Below are positions 41,544 through 55,200 of a stretch of 64,000 bases of DNA, in pieces. Position numbers and translations under genes: made by a program. The notes below the pieces were generated by a model. The model did no database searches. It was given only the letters and a program-made list of their open reading frames with translations, and was not told the DNA's origin. The DNA is taken from NCBI RefSeq assembly GCF_001194135.2, contig NC_068984.1, forward strand, positions 66,009,323-66,073,322, in the 5' to 3' direction. The stretch comes from Octopus bimaculoides (lineage: Eukaryota). Each line of letters opens with the position of its first letter. Positions within the stretch are counted from its first letter, which is position 1.

Positions 41544-43445
41544 GTAAACACTAACAAATTACAAACTACAAAATGTTTCCCATTTATGGACATCACACTA
41601 AAAAGCTTCACAATGAAACCAAGATGTTGGACAATTCAAGTAACATGTCCTACCATTAAATCATACTCGATACTTCTGAGAACATCAAAAATCAGATCAT
41701 ATATTTAAGATAGGCTTCTAATACTTAGCATAATTCATTAATTTCATCCTTTAAAAATGGTTTATGCTTAAGCATAGAAAATTTAATGCTTAAAAAAATA
41801 CAGTATATGAAGCCTATTTAACTAATATCATAAATTTTAGGTTATATTCTGCTACAATTTTACTATTCTGAGTTACTAATTTACAAAACACACAAACTTT
41901 TCACACTGGTGTTCAACTTTAGTTTTAAGCAATGACTATTTAAGAGCCACAGATTGTTTTGTTTTTGTTTTGTTTTGTTTTTTTTCCTCTGTGAAGTTGT
42001 CTCCAAGAATCAGAGAAAATCGTTCAGATTTTAAGTAAGATAGTTTTAATTAGCATTCACACACAGAAGTTAAGGCTTCTTCTTAAAATTATTTAGAATG
42101 TACATGGATATACATGGATCAAGAAACTGGTTATTTACTCTATATAATCTACAAAGATTTACAGTAAGAGAAAAACATAATTCCTATCAACTGACTAGTC
42201 TAAAAGAAAACCAGAATTCAATCTATTACTTTTGATATAGGATTTACTTTTGGAATACAACATAAAATTTTCTAAAAATGTTTTTACATAGTTGAATTTG
42301 AAATATAGAAATAAGAAAGAAGTTAAATGTTAAGAAAAAGTTAAATGCTTCAAAAGCACTCAGAAGATTTTTATCGTTTTTCGTTTTAGAAAATTGCAGA
42401 TATATTTCTGAAAACCTAGTTTCGAGTCTTGTGTGTATATAAGCCATTAACGTTTTATCATATAACAATTTTTTTCCAATTATGTGTTACTACATCATTA
42501 AAGTTTGCTTTTATACTTTTCAAAAGAAATTCAAATGTGTCAAAAACAACACATGTAGCTACACACAAGTATTCACACACACACAAAGAACACATAAAAA
42601 GTAAAATGAAAAAAACCATTTGCTGTAATTTTCAGGCATAGCCACATAGAAATTATGCAAAATACAAATATTTTGACTTAATATTTTGCTTTGTAACTAT
42701 TTATTACAGAAGTGGTAGTATGACTAAAATAAGGCATAATGTGTCAATATTAATTTTCTACAAACAAAACTGTTGCATGTTTGTTCATTTCAAATGAATA
42801 GAATTTAAACAACAATTACAGACATATTTTATTAATTTACCAAAATAGATGCTCATATGTTAATTTTCCATACACACACACACACACACACACATATTTC
42901 AGATCAAATTTAAAATAAGCAGTATCATATTCGACAAAATAATAAGAGGATTAATCATGGTCTGCATTAGAAAAGAAAAATATTAAATAAATTAGCCAAA
43001 ATTGATTAAATTAACAAACAATAGGAAGTAAATTCTAATATTTGAGTCAAGGCCACTTGTTAGAAGAATCTTTTATTAGAAGTCATTTTTCATCATGGTA
43101 CAAAAACATTTGATTTGTGAACTTTTAGCATATTTATTTAAAGCCCTGCTTTACAATCCTAAATATTCTTGGCTGATCACATGATATTTATCAGCCAAAC
43201 ATGAGAAAACATGTTTGATCAGCTAATAGGTATTTACAAATACATTATCTTGGTAAGGGGCCTATGTTATTTTCATTAATAGCAAACTTTCCTTCTCATG
43301 TTTCTCTATACGCGGTATTAAGGTGTATGATTATATCTGGCAATTTTGTGTAACCCGTTCTTTATTTACCATAAATTTGAAAGGAAGTACAGCCCTAAAA
43401 TTATGAATTGACAGAATTTGAAGAAGAAAATATAAAATCATTCAC

Positions 43446-43524
43446 CATTAAACACTGCAAAATCACGTAAAACAGTGCAAACCCCATTACTTGCCACATA
43501 TTCATTTTCTTGGAGTTGTTTCAC
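43446..43524 (-). other. Candidate 79-nt exon (VKQLQENEYVASNGVCTVLRDFAVFN)
   Basis: CTCCTCTATAG acceptor, ATG|GTGAAT donor; open frame, phase 0 to 1. Confidence 0.25.
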
Positions 43525-44580
43525 CTATAGAGGAGCTATAGATCAAATAAAATGTATAGTTAATGCAAGATGCAGATGAGGAAAAATCCTCAGCTTAAAT
43601 AAGGACACTGCACAGATAATAATGTAGGGATCAATCTTAACTTATACTTCAAAATATATTGCACAACGTGTTTCTAATTCTGTTTGATGTTTGAATTTAC
43701 TTATGTTGTGTTTCATATAAGATAACATACATTTGATGAGCAGCTAATCATTTTGATAAATTCATCTCAATATGGTAAATAACTAATTTTACTCATTGAA
43801 ATAAAGTTCTTTATCAACAGAAACTAAGCTAATACAACAAACAGATATATTATTTTCCCATACTAATTCAATATTTTCTCTTTTATTGATATGTAACTAC
43901 ATGCTGGTTACATGCAAACATATCAGCCATTTCTTTCAACTGCAATTCACTATTTTGTCTAAGAAAAATTGGTGTTAGTGTATGAACTGAAACATATCAT
44001 ATTATATTATTTCAAATATATATATATCAGATATAACAGTACTAATTCCAGGTGAGGAGTTATAAATTTGATTTATAACTTTCTACAGTGAATTATTATC
44101 TGAATAGTATATTCTTAGCAAATAATTAACTTCAGCTTTTAGATCTCTGCATATGTTATGATAAATTCTCTTATCATTAAGCACTCTATGGTTAGGTTAT
44201 AATTCATGCCCTTTACTGCTAACAGGGATTCAACAGTTTACTTAATTTAACTACAGTATCATAAGAAAAACAACTGTCAATTTCAACAATATTTGGTACC
44301 ATTTCTAATATTTAAATGCTTCTATAATTTAAACTCCTTCAAGTCTCAGGCATTGTGAATTATAGTGTTGATATCCTATGTAATAAGGCTTGCAAGTTCA
44401 ACTGTAGTCAATGGGTTTGCATATATATAAAAATATGCCAACAAAAGATGAGAAAAAGAACATACCAATTTATATGAAACTGACATTATATACATATATA
44501 TGAACAAATGGCAAAAGGAAAGGAAAAGACACTCAACACATTTAGTAGGCATTACATATATTTAACTCCAAGCAACTTAC

Positions 44581-44635
44581 GTGTTTTGCAGGCTTCTTAC
44601 AGAAACCTAGCTCATTCAGACTCAGATGACCAAAT
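44581..44635 (-). other. Candidate 55-nt exon (FGHLSLNELGFCKKPAKH)
   Basis: ATATTCAG acceptor after a GT repeat, CAC|GTAAGT donor; only one open frame, phase 2 to 0. Confidence 0.3.
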
Positions 44636-44701
44636 CTGAATATGCACGCACGCACACACACACACGTGCACACACGCACGCACACGCACACACACGCGCA
44701 C

Positions 44702-44732
<31 letters not shown>

Positions 44733-44941
44733 TATAAAACATTACTACTCAATACATACTACTCAAACTTTACATGGGTCAAAAATATAATTAGTTAATG
44801 AGTGAATGATAGCATCAACAGTTTGAAGACATTTTTTTAAAGAGATAATTTGAGTTAGTAATTACAGCTTATTTTGAAAAGTTTCTTAAGTAGCATATAA
44901 AAAATTACATTTTATGCTGAATTTTATACTGATATGCTTAA

Positions 44942-44989
44942 CCATATGCATCAAAGAAATCTAAACTATTCATTTTATGATGCAAAAGG
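44942..44989. mobile_element. 48-bp TTAA-flanked mini-MITE
   Basis: TTAA-CCATATGCATCA ... TGATGCAAAAGG-TTAA; TIRs match at 10 of 12 positions. Confidence 0.4.
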
Positions 44990-45888
44990 TTAATTAGATA
45001 TTTTAATCTATTAATATTTTCATAAATGACTTGATACTCAGTTTATTTAGTATTCCACAAATTATTTTAAAACAAACAATGCTTTGAAAACGTGTATATC
45101 TTTCTACCAATGTTTAAAAAGGTGAAATTTTTGTCAATTTTGCCATAAATTCTCACCACCTGCAAAATCTTTACCAAAAAATAATGATGTATATCCATCA
45201 CAATTCTAGCATGCTTTTCGTTACTAATATACCACGCATCATAAATTGCAATAAAAGTTTGTAAAGAAATAACACCGACAGCATTGCATCCAAAACTACT
45301 ACCTGAGTTATCTATTCTATGTTGACTGATAAAGCAGCTATCTTGAATTCATGAGGATTTTCTGAAAACAAAACTATTAATCTTGACTCTATTAACTTGG
45401 CTGAAATTTGAACAGCAAAAAGAAGAATCAAACAATGCTTATATTCATAATTCGATAATGGGAAATGATTTAAGTTCAAAACAATGACCAGTTAATGATA
45501 AAAATGACTTGCGAGCCTGTTGGCATTGCTATTGTTTGCATGCCTTAAAGCAGGCATAAAAATATAAATGTGATGCTTTACTGTTTTTTAAAAAAATCTT
45601 TTATACAAAAGTCACAAAGGTGTTAATAATTCATTTATACTATTTTAAATTGACGGTAACTTAGCACCACATACAGTGTGCATATAAATATGAATATATA
45701 TATAGATACAAGAAATATATGTACATTAGCAGTGAAGAGTCACATTGTGTGAATTAGAAATAAAAAAATGTTAATAAAACAAATTTATTAAACTTTTAGA
45801 CTGTCTGTGACTTTTGGGCCATCCTGTACTTATCAAATTTCCACCACAATTTTCAAGCTTTAGAAGTGTAACAATAGTTGTTGATTAA

Positions 45889-46132
45889 CCCTTTTAGTGC
45901 AGAAATCAGATATATTCACTCAAAATTTGATTACTCTTAACTGCAGAGAGCAATCTTGTGTACCAATCTATCTTTTGTTGAGGGAATGTCATGCTTGAAA
46001 CTACATTTCGTTGAGGTGTGTCAAGTTTATTGAGGCAATGCGACTTGCAAAATAAATACCAATTCTGTTTTTTGGTAGATATTTATCATCATAACTGAAA
46101 TAACCATGAAATTTAATTTTGCAGTTAAAGGG
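45889..46132. mobile_element. piggyBac-type MITE (244 bp)
   Basis: TTAA at 45885-45888 and 46133-46136. TIRs CCCTTTTAGTGCAGAAAT / AATTTTGCAGTTAAAGGG match at 14 of 18 positions. Confidence 0.8.
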
Positions 46133-46465
46133 TTAAATGTCAAATTGTCTCAGAAGAGTTGTTGTCAGTAAAATTGCTATTTTTCAGACTATTAACCTCA
46201 TCTATAGAGATTAATAAAATATTTAATATATCTATGTCTATGCAATCATAAAATTTCCAAAGAGAGGAAAGAAAAGCTTTTTTTTTTTTTAATAATAAAA
46301 GACCTACTAAACAAAAGTTATGTATATCTTTCTACAATGCCAGAACAAAGAATAAGAATGTAAGGAGTATACAACATTGTATGCATGTGTTTATTGATCA
46401 GTGCACTTTAAATCAAGATATCTCCAATTTCTATTATTGAAATAACAGGTATTTCATATAATATT

Positions 46466-46659
46466 TCCTATTATAGGTACAAGTTTTGGAGAGAGAAGCA
46501 GTTGATTACATTAACCCCAGTACTTAACTAGTACTTATTTCGTCAACTCTGAAAGGCAAAATCAGACACAGCAGAATTTGAACTTAAAATATAAAACTGG
46601 AAGAACTGTCACTCAGCATTTTGTTTGGTGTACTATTAATTTTGCCAACTTGCCATCTT
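46466..46659 (-). mobile_element. Degenerate copy of the ~210-bp SINE
   Basis: GTTGATTACATTAACCCCAGTAC...CAGAATTTGAACTT...TTTGCCAACTTGCC matches the 28.3- and 30-kb copies. Confidence 0.75.
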
Positions 46660-48632
46660 AGGAATCTTATATAATAAAAGAAAGTTAAATGTATATAAAC
46701 ATTTTTGTGCATAAATATATGCATGTATATGCAAATGGACATTTACGCCACACACATTAAGGCTTACAACAACCACTACCTAATGGGCAGCTCTTTGCAA
46801 TTTTTAAACAATCACTTGTATTGCTCAGAATATTTAAATAAAACCCAAACAGTTAAAATGTTTGAATTGTAGATGTCAAATTTTTGCTACTTATTTGGGT
46901 TAATGCAACACTTGGATGGATCAGCTAATAAATTCACAAAACACAAACTGTGAAGCAGAGTCTTATTTATGAAATAATTGCACTGAATATACATATACAG
47001 ACAGACGCATTTACATTTATGCATACAGTATTATAAATAGTATTTCATTTACACATATACATGTTAAATACATCATCTGCCAGAACTCTAGACACAATCA
47101 TTTTTACAAGAGTTCAAAATACATGATATAACTGCTATGAAGAGATTTGTCTTCAGAACTTTCAGTCAATTAAATGTTTGAATGATATTATGTTTTCATA
47201 TCAGCTAGATACTATTTATCAGCAGTATAGCAGTATTAGTTATCTTTATTGAAAATGACTAGAAGATATATCAAATATCACTTTTTATGGCACATGTATA
47301 TCAAGATGAATTTATATAATGACATTTATGATAAATTTGCCAATAACATTTTTTATAGGCAGGCATAAGAAACTTCTATCACAGTAAGCTTTTACTGAGA
47401 ATATTAGCATCAAAAGATGATAAAGGAACTATTATGCAGTAAATATCCTAAAGAAATGGAGATATTTTTTTTAATGACATTTCGTTTCATGAAACTATTT
47501 GATATGTTGCATTCTTTCTAATTTCTAAAGATTTTATTTTTCATATTTCATTCATATTCTTCTGTTGAATCACATGGTTACTAATGTCTTAGATTTGATT
47601 GTTTAGTACAAATTCGGACAAACATTTTCTCTGCAAATGTCTGAGATACAATAGGAAAATGTATACAAATACATTGAAGATTTTGATGCTAGAGAAATCA
47701 AGCAGATATTAATCACACAATGGCTTAAAATTACTGACAGAAAACCAAAACGACTAACAATTTTCAAAAAATATACCCTGCTTTATATACAATAAATACT
47801 ACATTATTTTTAATTCTTGGCTATTTTGTAATTTTGAACTAAATACTTCATTTCAAACTTTGCAAGAATTTTTAAAGCAGGTGGCTTAAGCTAATCGAAA
47901 TCATATATTATCTAAGATATTTTCTATTTATCTACCTTTAAAATTCCACGGAAGCAAAAATATATAATTTTTAATGGTAGAATATTTTTACTGATGCACA
48001 AAAATAAAAGTGTTTGTACTATTTCTACATCAATCCACAAAATATTTATGCAAAATTATTGTATCAAGAGAAGTCTTATTGCATTCTGCCGATTTCTGAT
48101 TAGATTTAGTCAAAAGAAATAACATGAATGAAGATAGTTCATTTTTTTTGTTATTAAATAATGTATAAGATAGGAAAATGAGATTAACAGAAAATTATCT
48201 CTAATCTTTCACTTTGACAAATTAGTTTTGTTTTGAAGAAATTAAAAAAACAGTCAAAGGAAAATAAAGAATATTGCTGTCAAATGTAAACATTTTCACT
48301 GAGCAATATCAATTAATAGTTTTAACAAAAGGCACGACAAATTTCAACATCAGGATGTTGCAAATCATTACTGTGTTCTACTGATATTTACTTAAAGTTT
48401 ATAAAGAGCAGATACTTCATGGGGTTAAATCCATATGCTTATAAAAAAAAAAAAATATGCTAAAAAAAAAACTAAACTTTGCTAAAATGTAGAGATAAGA
48501 TTGCCATCAGATGTTTATAACTGATGAATAAACTTTTGTAAATGTACTGAAAATTGTGCTTAATCTTTATTGGTCAAAGTTATCTTACAGCAAGTATGGC
48601 TATCACAACTGAAGTAAAGTCTAACAATACAG

Positions 48633-49039
48633 GCGCAGGAGTGGCTGTGTGGTAAGTAGCTTGCTTATCAACCACATGGTTCCGGGTTCAGTCCCACAGC
48701 CTGGCACCTTGGGCAAGTATCTTCTACTATAGCCTCGGGCCGACCAAAGCCTTGTGAGTGGATTTGGTAGACGGAAACTGAAAAAAGCCCGTCGTATATA
48801 TGTATATATATATATATGTGTGTGTGTGTTTGTGTGTCTGTGTTTGTCCCCCACCATCGCTTGACAACCGATGCTGGTGTGTTTACGTCCCCGTAACTTA
48901 GCGGTTCGGCAAAAAAAGACCAATAGAATAAGTACTAGGCTTACAAAGAATAAGTCCTGGGGTCGATTTTCTCGACTAAAGGCAGTGCTCCAGCATGGCC
49001 GCAGTCAAATGACTGAAACAAGTAAAAGAGTAAAAGAGT
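48633..49039 (+). mobile_element. Full-length tRNA-derived SINE with an internal (AT)/(GT) microsatellite and AAAAGAGT tail
   Basis: A box TGGCTGTGTGGTAAG, B box GGTTCAGTCCC. AATACAG repeated at 48626-48632 and 49040-49046 (probable TSD). CpG-rich relative to the flanks. Confidence 0.9.
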
Positions 49040-50384
49040 AATACAGTGGAAAGTGACTTAGTCGATGATGTCATGAGCCAGTAAATATGACAAAATGATA
49101 ATCTGCAAAGGCAGCTACATATTTTCCAGTTATAATGAAATTAAATTATAATTATGAGGGAACTGACACTTATTACCAGGCCTGATCCTCTTTCCACTGT
49201 CTCAACTCAATTCATATAATGTCTAACATCTCTGCAAATTATGTTTCCTTTATCTAAATTTCAATTTTCAGCAAACTATTCTAACATTCTGGCCTTTTTT
49301 CAATAAAAATACTTGTGATTGTATACAATTTCAGAAAGATAATTTTGACATCATGAAATATTAATATATTTAATGGCATGAATAAAAATTATATCAAAAT
49401 ATGCATAAATACTTGTAAATTAACTATTCATTATCACTGCATATTTTGAGTTTTCCATCAATCACAATTAGATATTTATTTTTAATTTCTTAACAGTTAT
49501 CTTTGAAAGAAAACAAACAAAAAAAAAAAAAACAGAAACGGAGAGAGATAAGGAACTAATTTGTTTTCGTAATTCCTACATTTCAATTTCACGAAGGCTT
49601 TCCAGGATTTTCTCATAATAAACATTCTCATTTTTATAATATCACTTCAACTCAAATCATTATTTTCCATAAAGAAACTCATTGTATGCTGAAAGGTAAT
49701 CAGTATATTTTAGAAATTTCTCCTCATCAATCTTCACTATTGCAATGTAGTTTCCTATTCTCTTATAAGAAAATGCCAACATTATCATGAATCAATTTTA
49801 CTGGCTTTTAATACTGCTATATTTAGGAAATGAACTCAAATGATTTGATTAATTTATTTCAAAGATTGTACAATTCCTGATAGTGTCTTGAATTGCTTAA
49901 AACAATATTAAGAGCTATAAACAATGTGTTTATTGGAATTAACTTTAATTTATATTTATCAATGTAAAATCTTGACTGGTGATATTCAATTTACATCCTA
50001 TCTCTTTACATTTTATATTCATGCAAATAAAAGAAACATTGAATTTAGAATTTACATGCAACAAAATGCTAGATCAATCAGAAGTTTTCAACTGGCTGAA
50101 CTATAAGTAGGATAAATCACCTCCTGTTCTACTTCTAATATTTATGAAAGTTACATAGACAATGTTTAATGTTTCTCTTGAAAAGTTGCAAATCAACAGC
50201 TATAGAAACAAGGGTAACAAAGAAACAAAAAACAAAGCTCCAGTGAAGTGCTTTATGTAGGGACTTGTGGGGATCAATAGATGTAATGAGAAAAAAACAT
50301 GAGTTAGGAGTGCCTGTGAGGTGACAGTGCAAGACCAGCAGCTTAAAGGAGAAGCAGTCACTGCAGTCACCAAAATTTAGACCA

Positions 50385-50577
50385 TGCCCTCCCACCAGTG
50401 GCATGTAAAATGCTGCCAGCACACTCTGTAAAGTGGTTGGCATTAGGAAGCTTATCCAGCTGTAGAAACCATGCCAAAACAAACAATTGGAGTCTGGACA
50501 TCTCCTTGGCTGGACAGCTCCTGTCAAACCAGCAAAGCTATGCCATCATGGACAACAGATGTTAAATGATGATGATG
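50385..50577 (+). mobile_element. Interspersed repeat with (GAT)n tail, copy 2
   Basis: GTGGTTGGCATTAGGAAG..ATCCAGCTGTAGAAACCATGCC...GTTAAATGATGATGATG; reverse-complement match to 7038-7245. Confidence 0.75.
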
Positions 50578-52115
50578 TCTAGATGTCTGTACGTGCAAGA
50601 CAGCACCAGCAGCACTATCCATGATGTGGGAACAAGACACCATTGTGGATCCCACTTTAGCTTAGTAATTCTTGGGGACTGATTATTTTCTAACCTTAAA
50701 AAAAGCACAGTCTCTCCTATGTTGAATATGTATCATAGACAGAAAAGTTTCCAAGTGATGATGAAGCTTAGCATTTGTAGCTTTAGGCCGCATGCTATTT
50801 ATATTTAAGGGAAGTGAAATATGATGTTTCCTTTCTATGTGCAGTAATTGTGTGTCTGTGCATTTCAAGAAGAGAGACTGAAACTTGGGATGATTACCAT
50901 CCAAAGATGTATTCAAATCTTTTGTTTGTGGAGTTAGTATAATTTTGTCATAAATTGCCTAGGTTGCATGTGGATGATGACTGTGTGTGAAAGGTTAAGG
51001 AAGAATGAAGAGTGCTATCATGAACTAATGAACTAATTTAACTGACAAAACAGTCTTGAGTTACTCTGAAGCATTATATCAAATATGTGCAAGCCTCATG
51101 CCAACAAAACCCAGTAAGATAAAACCATCAAAGATCATAACAACACTAATAAAACAATTACTAGGAAAGTTGAATAATTGGAAAGCAAATTTATTGAAAC
51201 CTATTTCATTGTTTTTCTTATTATCAATTGTATACAGATGAACAGCTCCCTTGAGAAAATAGCAGTCTTTATGCAAACCAGATTTGACTAATTTGGATAT
51301 TAAAGATTAAGACTTTTTTCTTAAATTTCCAGTCATTTCATAGAAATATTGAAATTTTAAGGTAATCCACTTAAAATCATTGTGTGCATTGACAGTAGTA
51401 TAGTTATCAAAACTGTGAAAAAGAGAACTACAGAATAATATTTACCATTTCAATAAATAATGGTTTCTAACATGCACAAGGCTATAATTTTGTTTTTACA
51501 TAGTCAATTATACTGAATCTAGTACCTAACCTGTACTTAATTCAACAATCCTAGAATTATGAAATATAAATTGCTGTAAGTAAATACTGCAAGGCATTTT
51601 GTCATTCTGTCTATTGTTGCCAACCATTTTAATAAATAATGCAAAATGTAAAGCTACTTTAGAGATATACAGTTGTAGTTTATGAGAATTTAGATTGTAG
51701 TATTTAGTGTAATAGTAGGCACTGAAACATTGATCTATGTAATCTGGTTTTTGCCATCTTATTTCAAGTAAATTACTCAATATATAATTACTCTTATTAT
51801 ATATTCTATACTATTATTTATTAAAAGAGAATAAGTTGGTTAACTGTATGTAACTGTCATTGCAATCACAGTTTTGGTATTGTTATTCTTTAAACATAAA
51901 AAAAAAGAAATTTATATAATAATTAATAAGGTAGTTATCTAAACAAATTTTTTAAAAATTATTCATGTTCAAATTATAGTAAACACTAGATTCCATCCAG
52001 AAAATTAAATTCAACAAAAGACAATGTTTTACTTTTGACCCTCTCTGTCATAAGCCATAATTGATTTTATAGGAATTAAAAGGTTAATATATATTTAAGT
52101 CTGTTATGCATATAT

Positions 52116-52290
52116 GTACAGGCGTAGCTGTATGCTTAAGAAGCTTGCTTTACAACCATGTGTGTGTGTGGTTTCAGGTTCAGTCCCACAGAGCAGCACC
52201 TTGGGCAAGTGTCTTCTACTATAGCTCCAGGTTAGCCAATATCTTGTAAGTGAATTTGGGAGACTAAAACCATCTGGAAGCCCAATATAT
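52116..52290 (+). mobile_element. Degenerate 5' half of the 48.6-kb SINE family
   Basis: GGTTCAGTCCCACAG...CACCTTGGGCAAGTGTCTTCTACTATAGC is nearly identical to the 48.7-kb copy. Confidence 0.85.
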
Positions 52291-52297
52291 GTATATA

Positions 52298-52543
52298 TCT
52301 ATATATATAAGTGAGAATGTCTATCTGTGTGTTTGTATGTGTGCATCACTAAAACTCATGAACAACCCAACTAATTTCATCCAAATTTTACCCATTCACA
52401 ACTTAGGCTATATGGAGTGTAATGAGCCAAAAGATATTTTCCACTTCTTGCCTAATGCGAGCCCGGAGCAATCTCTTAGACTGTTTCCATATTACATGTC
52501 AAAAGTGAAGCAATAACATCTCTACTGTAATGTGAGATACTAG
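52298..52543 (+). mobile_element. Non-autonomous Helitron-like element
   Basis: A|TCTATATATATAA start, GTCT/GT-rich subterminal region, ends CTAG|T. Only a weak 5-bp subterminal stem (ATCTC/GAGAT) and no TSD. Confidence 0.5.
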
Positions 52544-52678
52544 TTTCACTATGTATATATGCACAAAGTGAAACTATTATCTCACATTACATATATACAT
52601 GCATACATATATATATATATAAATATGTGTATGTATATGTATATATTATGTGTGTGTATATATATATGTAATATATAT

Positions 52679-52735
<57 letters not shown>

Positions 52736-52799
52736 ATTTATATTTCGTAATGAGATGAAAAAACCAAGGCAGTGTATAATATAGAACATTTATAAATTG

Positions 52800-52847
52800 G
52801 TCTTACAGCTATTTCCAGGATATTTATTATATCCCTTCATCGGAGAC
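52800..52847 (-). ncRNA. Degenerate minimal type I hammerhead ribozyme of a Penelope-like pseudo-LTR
   Basis: Minus strand: GTCT-CCGATGA-AGGGATAT-AATAA-ATATCCTG-GAAA-TAGCTG-TA-AGAC. Stem I GTCT/AGAC, stem II GGATAT/ATATCC, near-palindromic stem III; U4 is replaced by C. Confidence 0.7.
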
Positions 52848-53062
52848 GGTATGAAAGGATGGTTAAGCTATAGTTAGTTTAGATAAGATAGGAAATAGAG
52901 AATGAATGTAGGGATATTGTATTTGTAAATCCATTGTTTAGGCAGAATATATATATATATATATATAAATATGCAGAGAAAAATCAAAATGTTATTTAAT
53001 GAATCTCTGTATGAGTACAAATTTTATATATAAATGTACTGTGCGCACAAGGGTAAGGCCAT

Positions 53063-53375
53063 ATGTTTTACGTTGGGAAGATGGCCGATTCATTTAAGAA
53101 TTGTTATTGTAACCATGTTGCCAGCTTTAAGACAATCAATAAGAAACATTCGACGTTTTTGGCAAATTTTGCATGGCAACTGAAGGAGGACAAAATGAAG
53201 TACGGCATTAACTGGTCCGTAGTAAGGTACGCAAAACAATATAATTCCCAAGAGATGCTGTCTCTGCTCCAAGAAATCCCTGTCTATTCTGTAAACTATT
53301 CTGTAGACAAGAAGTTTATTAATAGAATTTCTGAATAACTCTCAAGATGCCTACATGCATATAAATGTACTTTCA
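53063..53375 (+). mobile_element. Penelope-like element GIY-YIG endonuclease remnant
   Basis: FYVGKMADSFKNCYCNHVASF...STFLANFAWQLKE..Y.INWSVV..AKQY...INRISE*LSRCLH follows the PLE pattern YIG..FK.RY.NH..SF..ST.LS..W.LK..W.I..LN.R.E...CRH. Confidence 0.82.
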
Positions 53376-54299
53376 CACAATGCAGTGGGAATGAATTTTG
53401 AGCAACTATTAACTTAATTTAATTTATTTTAAGGTATGGTTGACTTAAGTTTACTTTTAACCTCCCCATTCTGACAAACACCAAGTAGATAGCTAACTCA
53501 CTTTATGATCATGAGTGCACCACACTTCATGTGAGCATATGCGTGCACTTTTGTGGATGCTTGTATGAGTGAGTGTACTCATGCCATGCAGCTTGCCCGA
53601 GGGTGTTTATATATCCATATTTGTTAACGGTTATTTTAATACTCTTCTTGCTGGATTGCGTGTATGTTTCTCTTTTTACCATCTGTGAGTTGTTGTCTGT
53701 AGCCTTTCTCATAAAATGGGAGTTAACTGAGAGTTATTATAAACCAATTACACCAGCTGTTGTTGAATAATCTGAATTAGCATCCTTTCAGTGGAAGTTA
53801 GAAGATTTCTTGGAAATACAGTTGCTTCAAATACACAAAAGAATTCAAGGACCTAATTTTGACTGTAACAACATGTAATGTTGTGTTCAACAGAGCTTAA
53901 AATTTGTCATTAAACCTCTCTCATGTTAATGGTCATAATACTTAAAAAATATGGAGAAATATAAGGAATACCCTTACCAAGCAGGAAGAAAGAAACAGCT
54001 GAATTGATTAATTAATAACTCTCTTATTTTATATTTTAGCTGTAAAAGCATTAAAATCTTAGGCAGCTACATACAGATGAATATTCATTATTAGTGTGTC
54101 ACAGATTTACTCAATCTAATCATAATAATAATAATAATCAATTCTTTTACTAGCCATGAGGGCTCACATAAAATAACATTAAATGACATGCAGCAACATA
54201 AAAGAGGAAAACAGAATGATACAATTGGTTTTACAGCATGTAAACAATATAAATAACAATTAAAATTAAATAAATTAAAACTTCCAATAGAGAAGGCAC

Positions 54300-55085
54300 T
54301 TTAAGGTCCTTGTGGAAAAAGCCACAAAAGCTATGGGTGCCTGATCAACAGAGCAAGAGCCATTCTCCTTCTATTTTTCACAGGTGTATGTTCAGAATTG
54401 CTCCTTTCACACTGGCCATTCTTCCAGCATTCACCCACCTTTCAACAAACTTGCTAGAAAGCAACACTTCCCTTTCAACCCTCAACTTCTTTTTCAAGTG
54501 AAACTTGAAAAAGTTGATGAGAGGCCAAAGAGGAAAGTGTCTGTTTTCAGCCCTTTCAAACGGGTCCACCATAATACATCTTTTGCTACAACCACTAAAC
54601 AAATAAAAATTGCCTGCCCCTCTAAGCAAAAAGAGGGTGGTGGGACAATCTTCACAATGGATTCTGCTGATATCCAGATCTGTCCTACATGCGATAGCAG
54701 GTATCTGACATAAACCCACATGTCACCAATACTTGGGCACTGGACTAGGGCATGCAGAATGGTTTCACTATTCTGAGCGAACCTTGGGCAGGCCTGACTG
54801 AAAGCACTTCCATGCCTGTAAAGTTTATCTCAAAAAGGCAGCGCCCCTTGGTAGCGCTGCCAGGCAAGTTTTTTTTCTGAAAGTTAGCCATAGGCTCAGG
54901 CCTGAAAGTTCTCTTAAACAGATCAGTTAGTTGATCTTCATCAATGCCCAGAGTTTCCCCGAGAACATCATTGCACTTTCCCTCCACTAGCCCTCTATAG
55001 AACGCTAGAGTGGAACAACCACCCACTGCATTGCCCACCTGGCATAGGTCGAACGTTTTGACAGTATAGGATGGGTCCAAGCATT
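54300..55085 (-). mobile_element. L1/Tx1-like ORF2 C-terminal remnant plus 3' UTR
   Basis: Frameshifted minus ORFs 54745-55089, 54494-54721 and 54378-54719 give LGETLGIDEDQL..LF..TF..MANFQK, AESIVKIVPP, WWTRLKGLK and FFKFHLKKKLRVERE..FVERW. GC-rich block. Confidence 0.7.
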
Positions 55086-55200
55086 GCATTGTGCTTCAGT
55101 ATCTGCATTAGCATGGTTTCTATGGCTGGATGCCCTTCCTAATGCCAGGGTACTTTTTGTTTTTCATGCCATCAGCACTTGTGAGGTTTACATGCAGTTT
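55085..55200 (-). mobile_element. Interspersed repeat with (GAT)n tail, partial copy 3
   Basis: GCATGGTTTCTATGGCTGGATGCCCTTCCTAATGCC matches the other two copies. Confidence 0.7.
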
